From Barthelona sp. PCE (Eukaryota): 64,000 bases of DNA. Where the stretch lies: positions 248,001-312,000 of the forward strand of contig JAUFOR010000003.1 in assembly GCA_040285745.1 (NCBI GenBank), written 5' to 3'. Under the pieces are notes generated by a model. That model saw nothing but the letters and a program-made list of their open reading frames with translations, did no database searches and was not told where the DNA came from. Positions 1-10,184 of the stretch are shown here, one piece after another. The translations under genes were made by a program, and so were the position numbers. The first letter of the stretch is position 1; each line of letters opens with the position of its first letter.

Positions 1-571
1 AATAATTTCGATTTTGGTGGTCTTCTTCAGTGATACTGAACATGAAAGTGGTATCTTCTTCGGTATTGAGGAAGAAGATGCCTGCACTGTTGATACTTAA
101 ATTATAGAAATCATAGCAGGGAGATTCAATTGTTGAATATATATCACCATTGACTACATTCATTATTTTCAATTCGTTTTCACCATCTTCTCCACAAAAG
201 TGCACCAGGGCGTCGCCATTAATTGAAAGAAAGTAGATATAAAAATTATCAACACAAATATCATCAGGCATCACTAATTTAAAGTTTAAATCGCTCAGTT
301 TACGCTGTTTGGTATCGTAAACGCTAACGCGGATATCCTCAGATTCATAACTATCTAAAAAATACTCAGAATCGGAATAGAGGATGTGTGGTTCAAATAG
401 AAAAGGTCTGCTGGACATATAATCGACAGAAGCAATCTCCTCCTCAAAAGGAACATAGGCAAGGGATGAAGAGCCGTTTTGGGTGGGATTGGTATCTTCT
501 TGTTTTATGCACGATATATGATTGTGGTAATAAGTTAATTCAGGTTCTTGGATGTGTTCAGTGATCCTCAT
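1..571 (-). CDS. Partial gene (runs off the window), tandem paralog of 666-2711; beta-propeller-like family
   Basis: Not in the ORF track. Manual translation from ATG 571 gives MRITEHIQEPELTYY...VPFEEEIASVDYMSSRPFLFEPHILYS...YDTKQRK...GDALVHF...IMNV. This matches VPIGNEIAPVEYMSSRSCLLQPHIFYS...YDTKQRQ...GDVLVQF...VMNV in the neighbouring gene. Confidence 0.85.
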   Translation of the reverse strand, partial: MRITEHIQEPELTYYHNHISCIKQEDTNPTQNGSSSLAYVPFEEEIASVDYMSSRPFLFEPHILYSDSEYFLDSYESEDIRVSVYDTKQRKLSDLNFKLVMPDDICVDNFYIYFLSINGDALVHFCGEDGENELKIMNVVNGDIYSTIESPCYDFYNLSINSAGIFFLNTEEDTTFMFSITEEDHQNRNY

Positions 572-665
572 ACAATAGATAGCGTATTATATACAAAAAG
601 AAAGAGGTACTAAAAGGTTGTTCATAGCTGACACTGGTTAATTCACATTTACAATATTTTAACAT

Positions 666-2711
666 TTAATCCTCACATTGCAAGCTTTCCCTGACCTTGG
701 ATACATTTATGGGCTTGTAAGTATAATCCTTAAAATCATCTACGGTAACAGTCTTCTCAAACACTCTGGGATTCATATTACCATCAAATCTAACGGTGTG
801 GTATGCAACAGATGTTCCATTATTCTTTGTATAAACAGCAGCATCACGTTTTCTACAAAAGTCACCAACCAACTTAAAACCTTCAGGGATCTCGTGGATT
901 TTTTGAACAGTTTTGCTGCCAAAATCAATATGATACATGCCAGTGTGTCCAGCAACAATATTGGGACCGATGAACTCTTTGACATCATCTCTTTGAGAAT
1001 CCGAAAGAGGAATGTCCTCATGTTCACCTTCTGGTGTGAGCATGACAGCCTTTGCAATATTATCTTCACCGGGTTGTTCATAAAATGTAACGATGGTGTT
1101 ACCCCAAGGGTTAAAAAGAACTGAATCACAATATACACCACGGCAAAACACATCATCATATGTCTCATTGACCAGATCAACGTTGTACAAGGTTATATAA
1201 TAACCCTTGACACCGGCAACACATAGTTTATCATCGTAAAGACTTTTCATCATACCACCCTGTTCGATATCGCAAGATTTTCCGACTTTTACGTCACCGA
1301 GCTTATAAATGTCATGATCACACTGTGTAAGAGGAATACCATTCTCATTTACGTACTCTAGTTCAAAAATTCCCAGGTTGGTCACCCCACTAATATAAAA
1401 TCCATGCCTTCCCAGAAGTAAAGCTGCAAAAAGCTTGTGATCGTAAGCATTTGCTATAGCATTAAAGCCACAGCACAAGGTTAGGTAAAGGTTGTTGTGA
1501 AACACACGCACTTTGATCTTGTCAAAAGGATCGCAGTCAACATCAATGACTTCACACACCCTTGTTTTAGTATTGAAAATCAAAACTCGGTTGAAAACAT
1601 CAGTACCAATAAGATATCCTTTGTAGGTTATTATATCGCTTACCGTGTCAAAGAAAAAGAGTACATTCTCCTTCTGAACAGGCACTGTTATGTATACACC
1701 CTTACCCTTTCTGGCAAAAGTGTGGATAGCAATGCGGTTAGTGAAATTAAAAACATCATCTGTTGGTAGAGGTACAGTTGTATCAGCCTCGTCACATGTA
1801 AGAAGAGCACCCCAGACTGTACCAGTTACAAATTCAAAAGATTCACCATTTAAAGTGATGGTGTGCGATCGATCTGCATCTTCATCAATGACGGTGAAAC
1901 AAGCAATTTTGTTAGAGATATCCAGTTTATGCATAATAACTGAACTACAACCATTCCAAGGTAACTTTTCCTGAAGGATGGGGAATAATTCGAAAAAATC
2001 AATGGAAGTGTCCTCGTAATAATAGATCATCTTTGGGTAAAAACCAACTTCACACATGAAGAAACCAGCAAAGTTAAGACCATGAGCAAACTTACTGTCT
2101 ATGGTGGCATTGTTAACGGGCTTAAAAGCATTTTCGTAATTACGGCTCTTGTGCTCCTCTTCAGTAACGCTGAAACGGTAAACTACTTCTTCCTCTTCAT
2201 CATAATCTTCGTCATACATATCACCAAATAAGAATACACCACTACTGTTTGCACCAATATGCACCAAAGCATAGCAGGGTGGATCAAGGACTTGATATAC
2301 TTCCTTGGTAATCACATTCATAACCATAAAAAAAGATCCTCCTTCACTTTCAACGAATTGCACTAATACATCACCTTCATTGTTCAATAATGAGATGATC
2401 AGCTGTTCTACATTGAATCCTTCAAGAAGATCAATGTCAATGTCAAAGTCAAACTCAAGCAAAACACTCTGTCGTTGTTTAGTATCATAAAGGTCAATTG
2501 CTATTTTGATTGATTTTTCACCGTTAATGGGATATACAGCCTTAGAATAGAATATGTGTGGCTGCAAAAGGCAAGATCTGCTTGACATGTATTCAACTGG
2601 TGCAATTTCATTTCCAATTGGAACTAATCCTGTTCCCTCAACGTTAATGCTGCTGTAAATATCTTGGTCTTTGTGGCAGAGGACTCGGTTTCTTTGTAAG
2701 GAGACGTTCAT
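666..2711 (-). CDS. Uncharacterised beta-strand-rich (probable beta-propeller) protein, 681 aa
   Basis: Long ORF from ATG to TAA. Short hydrophobic strand and turn pattern; FNPW and FIG motifs are shared with 6530 and 35122. Confidence 0.8.
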   Translation of the reverse strand: MNVSLQRNRVLCHKDQDIYSSINVEGTGLVPIGNEIAPVEYMSSRSCLLQPHIFYSKAVYPINGEKSIKIAIDLYDTKQRQSVLLEFDFDIDIDLLEGFNVEQLIISLLNNEGDVLVQFVESEGGSFFMVMNVITKEVYQVLDPPCYALVHIGANSSGVFLFGDMYDEDYDEEEEVVYRFSVTEEEHKSRNYENAFKPVNNATIDSKFAHGLNFAGFFMCEVGFYPKMIYYYEDTSIDFFELFPILQEKLPWNGCSSVIMHKLDISNKIACFTVIDEDADRSHTITLNGESFEFVTGTVWGALLTCDEADTTVPLPTDDVFNFTNRIAIHTFARKGKGVYITVPVQKENVLFFFDTVSDIITYKGYLIGTDVFNRVLIFNTKTRVCEVIDVDCDPFDKIKVRVFHNNLYLTLCCGFNAIANAYDHKLFAALLLGRHGFYISGVTNLGIFELEYVNENGIPLTQCDHDIYKLGDVKVGKSCDIEQGGMMKSLYDDKLCVAGVKGYYITLYNVDLVNETYDDVFCRGVYCDSVLFNPWGNTIVTFYEQPGEDNIAKAVMLTPEGEHEDIPLSDSQRDDVKEFIGPNIVAGHTGMYHIDFGSKTVQKIHEIPEGFKLVGDFCRKRDAAVYTKNNGTSVAYHTVRFDGNMNPRVFEKTVTVDDFKDYTYKPINVSKVRESLQCED

Positions 2712-2976
2712 AGGTAAAAGTGCCGTTTATAAACTTAGAAAAGGGAATTTTTTGGCAATACACCTTTTTATATCAGGAACGGTGATGTCTGATAGTGTGT
2801 CTGATCAGAAAGGATGTAAATTCTGTTGATAAGAGCCTATTATTAAAGAAGAGTTTTTTTTTTCTGTGTTACTAGTTACATTCTATTACGTGTCAATAAT
2901 GGGATTTAAATGGACCAGAACCCTCTTAAGTGAATTAAAAATGGATATTTACAGTATATGTACAAAAACTATGTTT

Positions 2977-3792
2977 TTAATTCAAAAGAGTTGCGATTGT
3001 GAGTTCTTGTGGTTGTTTAACAAGAAATTCCTCAATTATAGTTCGTGCGCAATACATGAATTGTTCTCCATACCTTTTCTTCAATCGAATAATATGTTCA
3101 TGAGCGTAGTACAAACGTGTATATTCTTTAGAGCACTGGCATGCCAGATTCACTTCATAACAGAACTGCTCTTTGCTGATCGAAGGATATAATGCAGTTA
3201 AAACTCGATAACGATAGAACCAAAGAATAGAAGTGTGATGTTCCTTATGCAATAGCAGTTCATTAAGCCACAGTTCTTTTTTGAGACTCTCAACGCCCCT
3301 CTCAACTGCGGCGTTGAAACGTCTGTGATTCAGACAGTGAAAATCTGGTGCTATATATAGAATTATATAACTGGTTTCCAGAAACGTTGCTGTATTTGTG
3401 AAAGCAGCATAATCATCCAGACAATCCTTTGAAAAGTTGTATGCAGCGCTTATTCGCACGCAAATAGAACCACTTTCAGCCAACAAATTGTCGGTGTGTA
3501 TTGCTATTGTGCTGTCATGATCTTCCACCAGAGCAGAGAAGTAATCGTCATCCATGAAGTCAACATGGATATCATGTGCCGGGGGAATGATTTCGTCCGT
3601 CAATAGTCCTTCCAAATATTGATAGAATAAAATGGCAAAATCAAGGTTGCTTACAGACTTTTTCTCGGAAGCCAAAGCACCCCTACTTGTTGTATCTGGG
3701 GTTCCAACTGTCACTTTGCCCTTACTTCAGAAAACGGAAGCGAAAGATATGAGATTTGTGAATACATCCAAAGTAGCTTTATGGGATCCCAT
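2977..3792 (-). CDS. PTAR1: Protein prenyltransferase alpha-subunit repeat protein (PTAR1-like); 5' end uncertain
   Basis: PPTA-like repeats: APDFHCLNHRR, KELWLNELLL..TSILWFYRYRVL, YEVNLACQCSKEYTRLYYAHEH. The nearest upstream in-frame ATG (3792) is separated from the ORF by TGA at 3727-3729. Confidence 0.55.
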
Positions 3793-3948
3793 AGTTATGC
3801 GAGCGTCAGACAAATAGCTATGTTTCACAAACATTTTTTACGTAAAACATACCTTATTGATTGGAACTTGTTTAACCGTTTATTTACCGTATCCACGAAA
3901 GTTATTACTTTCACAAGGACAATTGCGATCTGATCATCGTTTAATTTA

Positions 3949-5388
3949 ATGCTTACTTTCAAACAACGTGTCAGTGATCGTTTAACAAAATTACTGCAGC
4001 TAGGATGGTTTAAAACATATCAGAGCTGCATTGCAAAGGTAGATACCGACCGAAAAATCATGCTGTTGATGGTTATTCTCGCAGAATTCATGATTGGTTG
4101 CTTCTGGAATATTTCTCTCTTGATGAATTCTCTTAGATATAGTGTTTTTTATGGATTAACATGGACCAACCTATTCGACCCCACCATTATATTGATGATT
4201 ATTCTATTGATTTTTGGATTTTTCACAGCTTTTGGTAGTCGTTGGACTGATGAATTTCTAGGACCCAATCGGGCCATGTTCTGGAGCGCTGTTCTGTACG
4301 GTGGTGGTCAGTTCATCGGTGCAACAATTCTAACATTGGGTGATCAAGTAGCAGTATCTCCAATATTCTTCATTGTTTTCGCTGCAATCCCCATAGGTAT
4401 TGGTATTGGCATGGGGTTCATTGCGCCGGCCGCGTGTCTCATGAGATGGTACCCGGATCAGAGATCGTTTGCACCCATGATTTCTATTGTTTCGTTTTCT
4501 GCAGCTCCACTTTTAACTTCATGGTTTTTCTTCTCAAGCAGAGGGGACCCTTCGTTCATCATGAGCGTTTTTGGGTTATTCTCTTTCATTATATTACTAG
4601 CTTGTTCATTTGTACTTAAGAAGCCTGCTCCATTCCAGACATTCCCTGCTCCCAAGGCGTCAAAGAAGCTCAGGAGGGACGTTTATCTTTCGATTGATAA
4701 GCCTGCCGTCTGCACCCTTACACCAAAGAATCTTTTGCATATTAAGCAATTTTACTTTTCATCATTAGCTTTGGTTGCTAATTATACTCTATTTGGTTTC
4801 CTCATCATGGATTTCGCCCATCGTTCGTACACCTTCTTACTCTTATCATTTAGAATCGAGTATCTACCGTTTTTATTCGGGTTTGCTCACATTGGAGCAC
4901 TAGCAGGTCGTTATATTTGGTCAGTTGTGGCAAGGTCTGTGGGTAAGATCATCTCGTATGCATTACAATGCTGGTCGGCGGCGTTTGTTCTTGTATGTCT
5001 TGTATTTGTTGTTAATACTTCTATTTTATGGTTATTTGTTGTAATATTTGTTTTGTTCACCGTGTTTGGCGGTTTCCAACAACTTACAACTCAGTTTATT
5101 GGTGAAGTGTTCGGTACAATCAATATTAAAGCTTTGCATTCAGTTTTTATCTTGCTTCAACCTTTGGGTTATTTTATTGCATTTTTACTTGTATTAATAC
5201 AAATTAGGACCGATCTCACTTCATCATTGTTCTTATTTGCTACACTTGAAGTTGTTTGCGGATTCTTAATGTATTTAGTACGTCCTATTTCATCAATTCA
5301 AGTGAAGACTCTGTTCCCTCGCACTCCTCTCAATAATATGAAGGAGACTGATAATATGGATCTCTTGGATGCTGTTATTGAGGCATAG
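3949..5388 (+). CDS. MFS transporter, oxalate:formate antiporter (OFA)-like
   Basis: About 12 hydrophobic segments. GIGIGMGFIAPAACLMRWYPDQR resembles the OFA motif GxGxGxGYxxPxxxxxKWFPDRRG; also GRYIWSVVARSVG and EVFGT in the C-terminal half. Confidence 0.8.
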   Translation: MLTFKQRVSDRLTKLLQLGWFKTYQSCIAKVDTDRKIMLLMVILAEFMIGCFWNISLLMNSLRYSVFYGLTWTNLFDPTIILMIILLIFGFFTAFGSRWTDEFLGPNRAMFWSAVLYGGGQFIGATILTLGDQVAVSPIFFIVFAAIPIGIGIGMGFIAPAACLMRWYPDQRSFAPMISIVSFSAAPLLTSWFFFSSRGDPSFIMSVFGLFSFIILLACSFVLKKPAPFQTFPAPKASKKLRRDVYLSIDKPAVCTLTPKNLLHIKQFYFSSLALVANYTLFGFLIMDFAHRSYTFLLLSFRIEYLPFLFGFAHIGALAGRYIWSVVARSVGKIISYALQCWSAAFVLVCLVFVVNTSILWLFVVIFVLFTVFGGFQQLTTQFIGEVFGTINIKALHSVFILLQPLGYFIAFLLVLIQIRTDLTSSLFLFATLEVVCGFLMYLVRPISSIQVKTLFPRTPLNNMKETDNMDLLDAVIEA

Positions 5389-5427
5389 GTAATAAATTTG
5401 TATTCATTTTTCAATTTTTCAATCAAA

Positions 5428-6447
5428 TTACTCTGCCAAATTCAAAGAGTTCAAAGTAGAATTGTCATCAAGCTCAAGCACAACAACTTCCTCATGTGCG
5501 CCCTCAGATGCTTGTTGGGCATCTGTATACACAGCTACCGTCAGAAGATTGTCTAACTGAGACGCAACATTCAAATCAATGACTGCACTGAAAGCTAAGA
5601 AGCTTGAAAACACCTGATACTCGAACGTGAGCGTGTTGGGAATGGATTTCTTGACAGATGAAGGGGAGAAGTATACTGGCTCTCCACCAATATAGTAATG
5701 GAAAACAGCATCACTGCACATGCTGAATAAAGTTACCCAATCACTGTATTCTACCTCTTTGGCCTCCTTCAACATCTGCTCGATCTGCGCCTCGCTGGCT
5801 TGGCCCTCACTTGAGGCTGTTACCTCAGACTCTTCTTCTTTAGCCTCCTGAACTTTGGCATCATTCTTTTCCCTCTCTTGTTGGCCAATGAGCTCTGCAA
5901 TCTCAACAGTGGATGCAACATCTAACTCGTAGCAAGGAAGCATGCCAGGAAAAGCATGCGTTATCGAAGGAACATCAGGTTGGACTTCCTCACTGACAAC
6001 ACCTACACTGGCGAATACATTCTCTTCTTCGCTCCAGCCACCCTCTTCGTCGCTCCAAGAGTTGTCCCATTCGCCCTTCTCGTTGGATGCAGCAGTTTCT
6101 ACCACAACATCAGAAAAGTGACCAATGAAGGATGCCGCTCGGAAAGAGTGTGCAGCATGTTCACAATCCTTATTGTTGCAGCAAAAAAGAGCTACACTGC
6201 GGGGAATAAGTCCTCCTTCAACAAAAACAGGTGCGTATGATTGAAATAAAACAACCAGCGGTGCACTACATCTTAAACAATGTGGAATTTCGTATTTCAC
6301 GTTAACAGGAAGAACTAAAGGCCCTCCAAAACGACACGTGAAGAAGTCTACTTCGTTAGGATCCATTGGAGCATCGAATACTCCTAGAATTCTATCTTCG
6401 TCTTCAAATGTTTGCTCAAAACTATCTTGTTCGTGTTCAGATGTCAT
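5428..6447 (-). CDS. TSR4: PDCD2-like / Tsr4 ribosomal protein uS5 chaperone
   Basis: ILG..CRFGGP..C..C..PLVVLFQSYAP..RSVALFCCNNKDC N-domain. C-domain has YYIGGEP, FEYQV and TVAVYT. Confidence 0.8.
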   Translation of the reverse strand: MTSEHEQDSFEQTFEDEDRILGVFDAPMDPNEVDFFTCRFGGPLVLPVNVKYEIPHCLRCSAPLVVLFQSYAPVFVEGGLIPRSVALFCCNNKDCEHAAHSFRAASFIGHFSDVVVETAASNEKGEWDNSWSDEEGGWSEEENVFASVGVVSEEVQPDVPSITHAFPGMLPCYELDVASTVEIAELIGQQEREKNDAKVQEAKEEESEVTASSEGQASEAQIEQMLKEAKEVEYSDWVTLFSMCSDAVFHYYIGGEPVYFSPSSVKKSIPNTLTFEYQVFSSFLAFSAVIDLNVASQLDNLLTVAVYTDAQQASEGAHEEVVVLELDDNSTLNSLNLAE

Positions 6448-6529
6448 TTTAATGGATATGTGAAGTGGTTACGGGTTTGAAATGGTTATTAATGTGAAAC
6501 CGTTTTTTTTCCTCCTTCTTTATAATTTA

Positions 6530-8281
6530 ATGCCTAGAGCAAAGCCCTACAGCGACGGTTTGGCATTTTCCAGTTTTGATGGGGCAGTTCTTGTTCATGA
6601 TCGAACTCTGACTTTAACAAAGAGATCATTTGGTTCGACACCGATTCTTTCGGACGTCATTGGGCGTGTTAGGTGTGATAAAGGCGCAACCGAACGTCAA
6701 GATTGGGCATGTGATCCTTTTAAATGTATTAACTCAGATATTTATGTATTTCATACTTATTCACGAAGGGAAGATGTTTCTACATTTACTTTTGTGGATC
6801 TTCTGGGTGAAAAACCCACCACAGAGCGCTGGATAGATATGGGAGATCCGGAAGACTTTTTTTTTGTTGTATTTTCCCCTCAGACAATATTAGTTCGGGT
6901 TTACAGTGGAGATTTAGTTCTGATACATAACGATGAAATGACTGAAATTGAAGAGACAGAAGGAATGGAGCTTGTTTACTGCTATGGCCAACCAAACTTT
7001 TGTTTTCTAAAAAGAAATGATTTTGAGTACTATTGTCTGAAGATAAATGATGGAGTGCCAACTGTTAATTTTCTATTTACAAGTGAGCATCCCCTAGTAC
7101 AGGTTGGTTTTGAAAATGTTCGTGTTAGTTTTTTTTGCATCAGTGAAGAAAAAAAATTGTTGGTAAATTCAGTATATGATGGTGCATCAGTTACCAATTT
7201 GGAGTTTACATTACCTTTTGAAGGTTTAGACCATCATTTTTCGTTGTGTCTATCAAAGATTACTCAAAATTTTCTGTGTCTCTTTAATAGAAATAGATTA
7301 TATCATATTTTTAAGGGTAACAGCTATCACACACACAGTTTCTTGTTTGAATCAGGCGTATCTCCAACCATGTGGTTGTCAAAAAACAATAGTGGACCTT
7401 ACACATTGCCGTTTACTGCAACAGTGCAAGGAGGGTTGTATGGTTATTGGCCAAATGAAATAGCACAAGTTTTCTTCACAGATGAGCATGATATTATTGC
7501 TCAGAGAATACCATTGGTTGAATTTTCAACTATCGACAGTACGATAATGCTGCAGAGTTCACGGCTCTTTATTAATATTGAAAAAAAACGTGTGCTTGTT
7601 ATGCGCAATTCATACTATAATTCATATATGTTTTTTAAGCACGTTGATGCAGTGGAGGGTTGTGTATATTTTCAAATACGCAACGAAGACAATGCATTCC
7701 TGCGAATAGACGATAAAGGAGCGAATATTGTTCATGGTCTCTGCAAACGTGGGTTTCGAAATGTAGATTCAAGTACTCTCTCATTTCTTGATGTCTGGAA
7801 ACAAAACCCATACGTCGACAATTTGTTCTGCGGCTGGGGAGTTGAGTCAGGTGATCTCATTGTTGCTGTTTTAGGTGAAGATGGCGTTGAACAAGAGCAA
7901 ATATTGAATGTGGACAGAGGTCATGTAGGTCAATGGTTATCCGATTCTTTATTGGCAGTATATCGTAACTGTTCCAAAGAAGAACCCATAACGATGTTCG
8001 TTGATGTCAATTTTAATCGTAATGAACCGTTATTAGTGATAGAATGCAATCTTCCTCTTTGTTCTGACGATTTATCAAGAGCTACATGCGGTCACGATTC
8101 ATTCTCCATCTTTAAATGGGGAGAAGATGCATTCATTGATGTACAAACTTTTTATATTAATCAAGGTTTTAGATGTGAGAAAAAGGAGATCTCACTCGTT
8201 TGGCTGCTTTCAAATTCAACAATCATTGATTGCTACGGTGCTGCTGTTAAGTACGAACACGATCGTAACATGGCGATGTGA
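6530..8281 (+). CDS. Uncharacterised beta-propeller-like protein (same family as 666 and 35122)
   Basis: Long ORF; likely start MPRAKP at 6530. QNPY and WLSDSLL motifs; C-terminal ISLVWLLSNSTII. The only intact gene here ending in TGA; overlaps the convergent gene by 35 nt. Confidence 0.75.
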   Translation: MPRAKPYSDGLAFSSFDGAVLVHDRTLTLTKRSFGSTPILSDVIGRVRCDKGATERQDWACDPFKCINSDIYVFHTYSRREDVSTFTFVDLLGEKPTTERWIDMGDPEDFFFVVFSPQTILVRVYSGDLVLIHNDEMTEIEETEGMELVYCYGQPNFCFLKRNDFEYYCLKINDGVPTVNFLFTSEHPLVQVGFENVRVSFFCISEEKKLLVNSVYDGASVTNLEFTLPFEGLDHHFSLCLSKITQNFLCLFNRNRLYHIFKGNSYHTHSFLFESGVSPTMWLSKNNSGPYTLPFTATVQGGLYGYWPNEIAQVFFTDEHDIIAQRIPLVEFSTIDSTIMLQSSRLFINIEKKRVLVMRNSYYNSYMFFKHVDAVEGCVYFQIRNEDNAFLRIDDKGANIVHGLCKRGFRNVDSSTLSFLDVWKQNPYVDNLFCGWGVESGDLIVAVLGEDGVEQEQILNVDRGHVGQWLSDSLLAVYRNCSKEEPITMFVDVNFNRNEPLLVIECNLPLCSDDLSRATCGHDSFSIFKWGEDAFIDVQTFYINQGFRCEKKEISLVWLLSNSTIIDCYGAAVKYEHDRNMAM

Positions 8282-9656
8282 TTTCATCGTTAATATCAAT
8301 GCAGTTTTTTTTTTGCACCAACCCCATGTTAGATTGCCTGCGTTTTCTGTTTTCAGGTAAAATTTCGTCAAGATCTATAACACGTTCGCAAGGATCACCG
8401 TACGTTTCTTTCATAAATTCTCTTCCTGCATGGATGTGGGGAATACCACAATTATCATTGTAATCTTGTGCATACTTCAAGTATACCTTAACTATTCCAT
8501 TATGCCTCTTACAGTCACCTATTTCCTTCAGTATTCCCTGTACAATGCCAGCGGAGCATTGAATTCCAATTTTGCTGAGTTGTTTAGCAATGGTTTTGAA
8601 TTCACCCACATGAGATATGTTTTTACGAGCACAGTATCTTCTAAAAACTGCATGATACGGCGTAAGTACAGCAAATAACGTTCTTCTAGCCACTTGTTTG
8701 ACTGTTAGTCCATTTTTAATATGATCTAATTCGAATATTTCGTTCATAATTTCGGTTAGTCTCTTGTATTCTTCATCGCATTCCAATGCGTTTTGAATAA
8801 ACTCCTCAGCACCATTTAAGCGTTCTATGGTGGAATTGGTAAGATATTTTGTGGGTCGGGGAAAACTGTTTTTTTTAATAAATTTATGGTAATCCCGTAG
8901 TGAGTAGAAAATTTTAAGTAATTTTTTTGAGAGATTGGTTGAATTGCAGAAAATACCACGGGTATTCATCTCTTTTGCAACGTTTTTTTGCAGAAATGAA
9001 GAGCGAATTAAGTTATGATTGTGGAAAAACAGATAGAACAGTCTATCACTTGTATCACTTTCAGTTAGAGCATTTGAAATCTCTGTCACAGCAACTCCCA
9101 ATCTATCTATCTTGTTTCGATTTATGGACGCTTTTATCGTTGCTGTTTGGGGGGATAAAGCAGGATATTTATATTCACTGAAATTAATGATATCTCTTTG
9201 CATTGGTGTTGGGTTCTCTGGTCTATCAAATATTGCTTGGTGTATGTGCCTTATTTTATCTTCTAACTGTGAACTGGAAAATTGATGTTCAAAGCCAAAT
9301 ATCGAACTTGTATCATGCTTGTTTTCAATAATGAACTGATGTAGCAGACGAGCAAATTTCTTTACGTTTATGTAGATCTCGTTGAAGTATGTGTGAGTAA
9401 ATGGGCTGAGGATGCGAGTGTCTTCCACACTCCAAAATGTGTAATGAGTTGCTTGCTTGATCAAACTCTTTGTTCCTTTGATTTTCTCCACCTCATGTCT
9501 GTCCATTGGGGAGAATTCGTGTTTTTTTGCCACATCATCAAGATCCCTCTCTGATCCAACTGTTTCATTAATTTGTAAATTGCGTTCCTCCTCGAAAATA
9601 GCCAAATCATTATCTAATTCATATGCTGAAGGATCTAAAAATACCGCTAATGTCAT
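8247..9656 (-). CDS. Uncharacterised helical protein with two winged-HTH-like repeats
   Basis: First ATG is 9656. Repeats KNVAKEMNTRGIFCNSTNLSKKL and KTIAKQLSKIGIQCSAGIVQGIL; basic C-terminal RKRR. Confidence 0.7.
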   Translation of the reverse strand: MTLAVFLDPSAYELDNDLAIFEEERNLQINETVGSERDLDDVAKKHEFSPMDRHEVEKIKGTKSLIKQATHYTFWSVEDTRILSPFTHTYFNEIYINVKKFARLLHQFIIENKHDTSSIFGFEHQFSSSQLEDKIRHIHQAIFDRPENPTPMQRDIINFSEYKYPALSPQTATIKASINRNKIDRLGVAVTEISNALTESDTSDRLFYLFFHNHNLIRSSFLQKNVAKEMNTRGIFCNSTNLSKKLLKIFYSLRDYHKFIKKNSFPRPTKYLTNSTIERLNGAEEFIQNALECDEEYKRLTEIMNEIFELDHIKNGLTVKQVARRTLFAVLTPYHAVFRRYCARKNISHVGEFKTIAKQLSKIGIQCSAGIVQGILKEIGDCKRHNGIVKVYLKYAQDYNDNCGIPHIHAGREFMKETYGDPCERVIDLDEILPENRKRRQSNMGLVQKKNCIDINDEITSPCYDRVRT

Positions 9657-10184
9657 AATATCATTCAAAAAGAATGGAAGAAAGGATATAAAATGTATAA
9701 CAAACTCCTGGAATGATATATCACTATTTGTTATGGTTGAAGTGGTGTGGAAATTATGTTTGTGCTTCTTGATGATGTTGCTATCGAATGTAATAGAAAA
9801 AACCAATCCAGCCCACTTTTTGGAAATATGTTGTTGGATCAGAATGAAGTAAACAGGCCTGCGTTGGCCTCAAAAACAACAGATTTATGATAGAAATGCA
9901 ACAGATAGAGAAAATCAGTAAACTGAGTTATGTAAATAATATGTACGCATTATAACAGCTTTAATACTTATAAATATGGCGCATAGTGCTTTAGACACGA
10001 GTAAATAACTGAACAATGAAAAATTGCAGTTTTTGTGACGTTTGTAGCGATTGTATCACTGTGTTTAGTTTTCCAGTTCATGTTGTGGCATACAAGGGTA
10101 TTTGACCCCCCCTGGCTATTCAAAAAGCTTAAATATTGCAGCAAGTTACTTTTTCTCTTTTTTCTTCGCTTACTTTATATTAAA

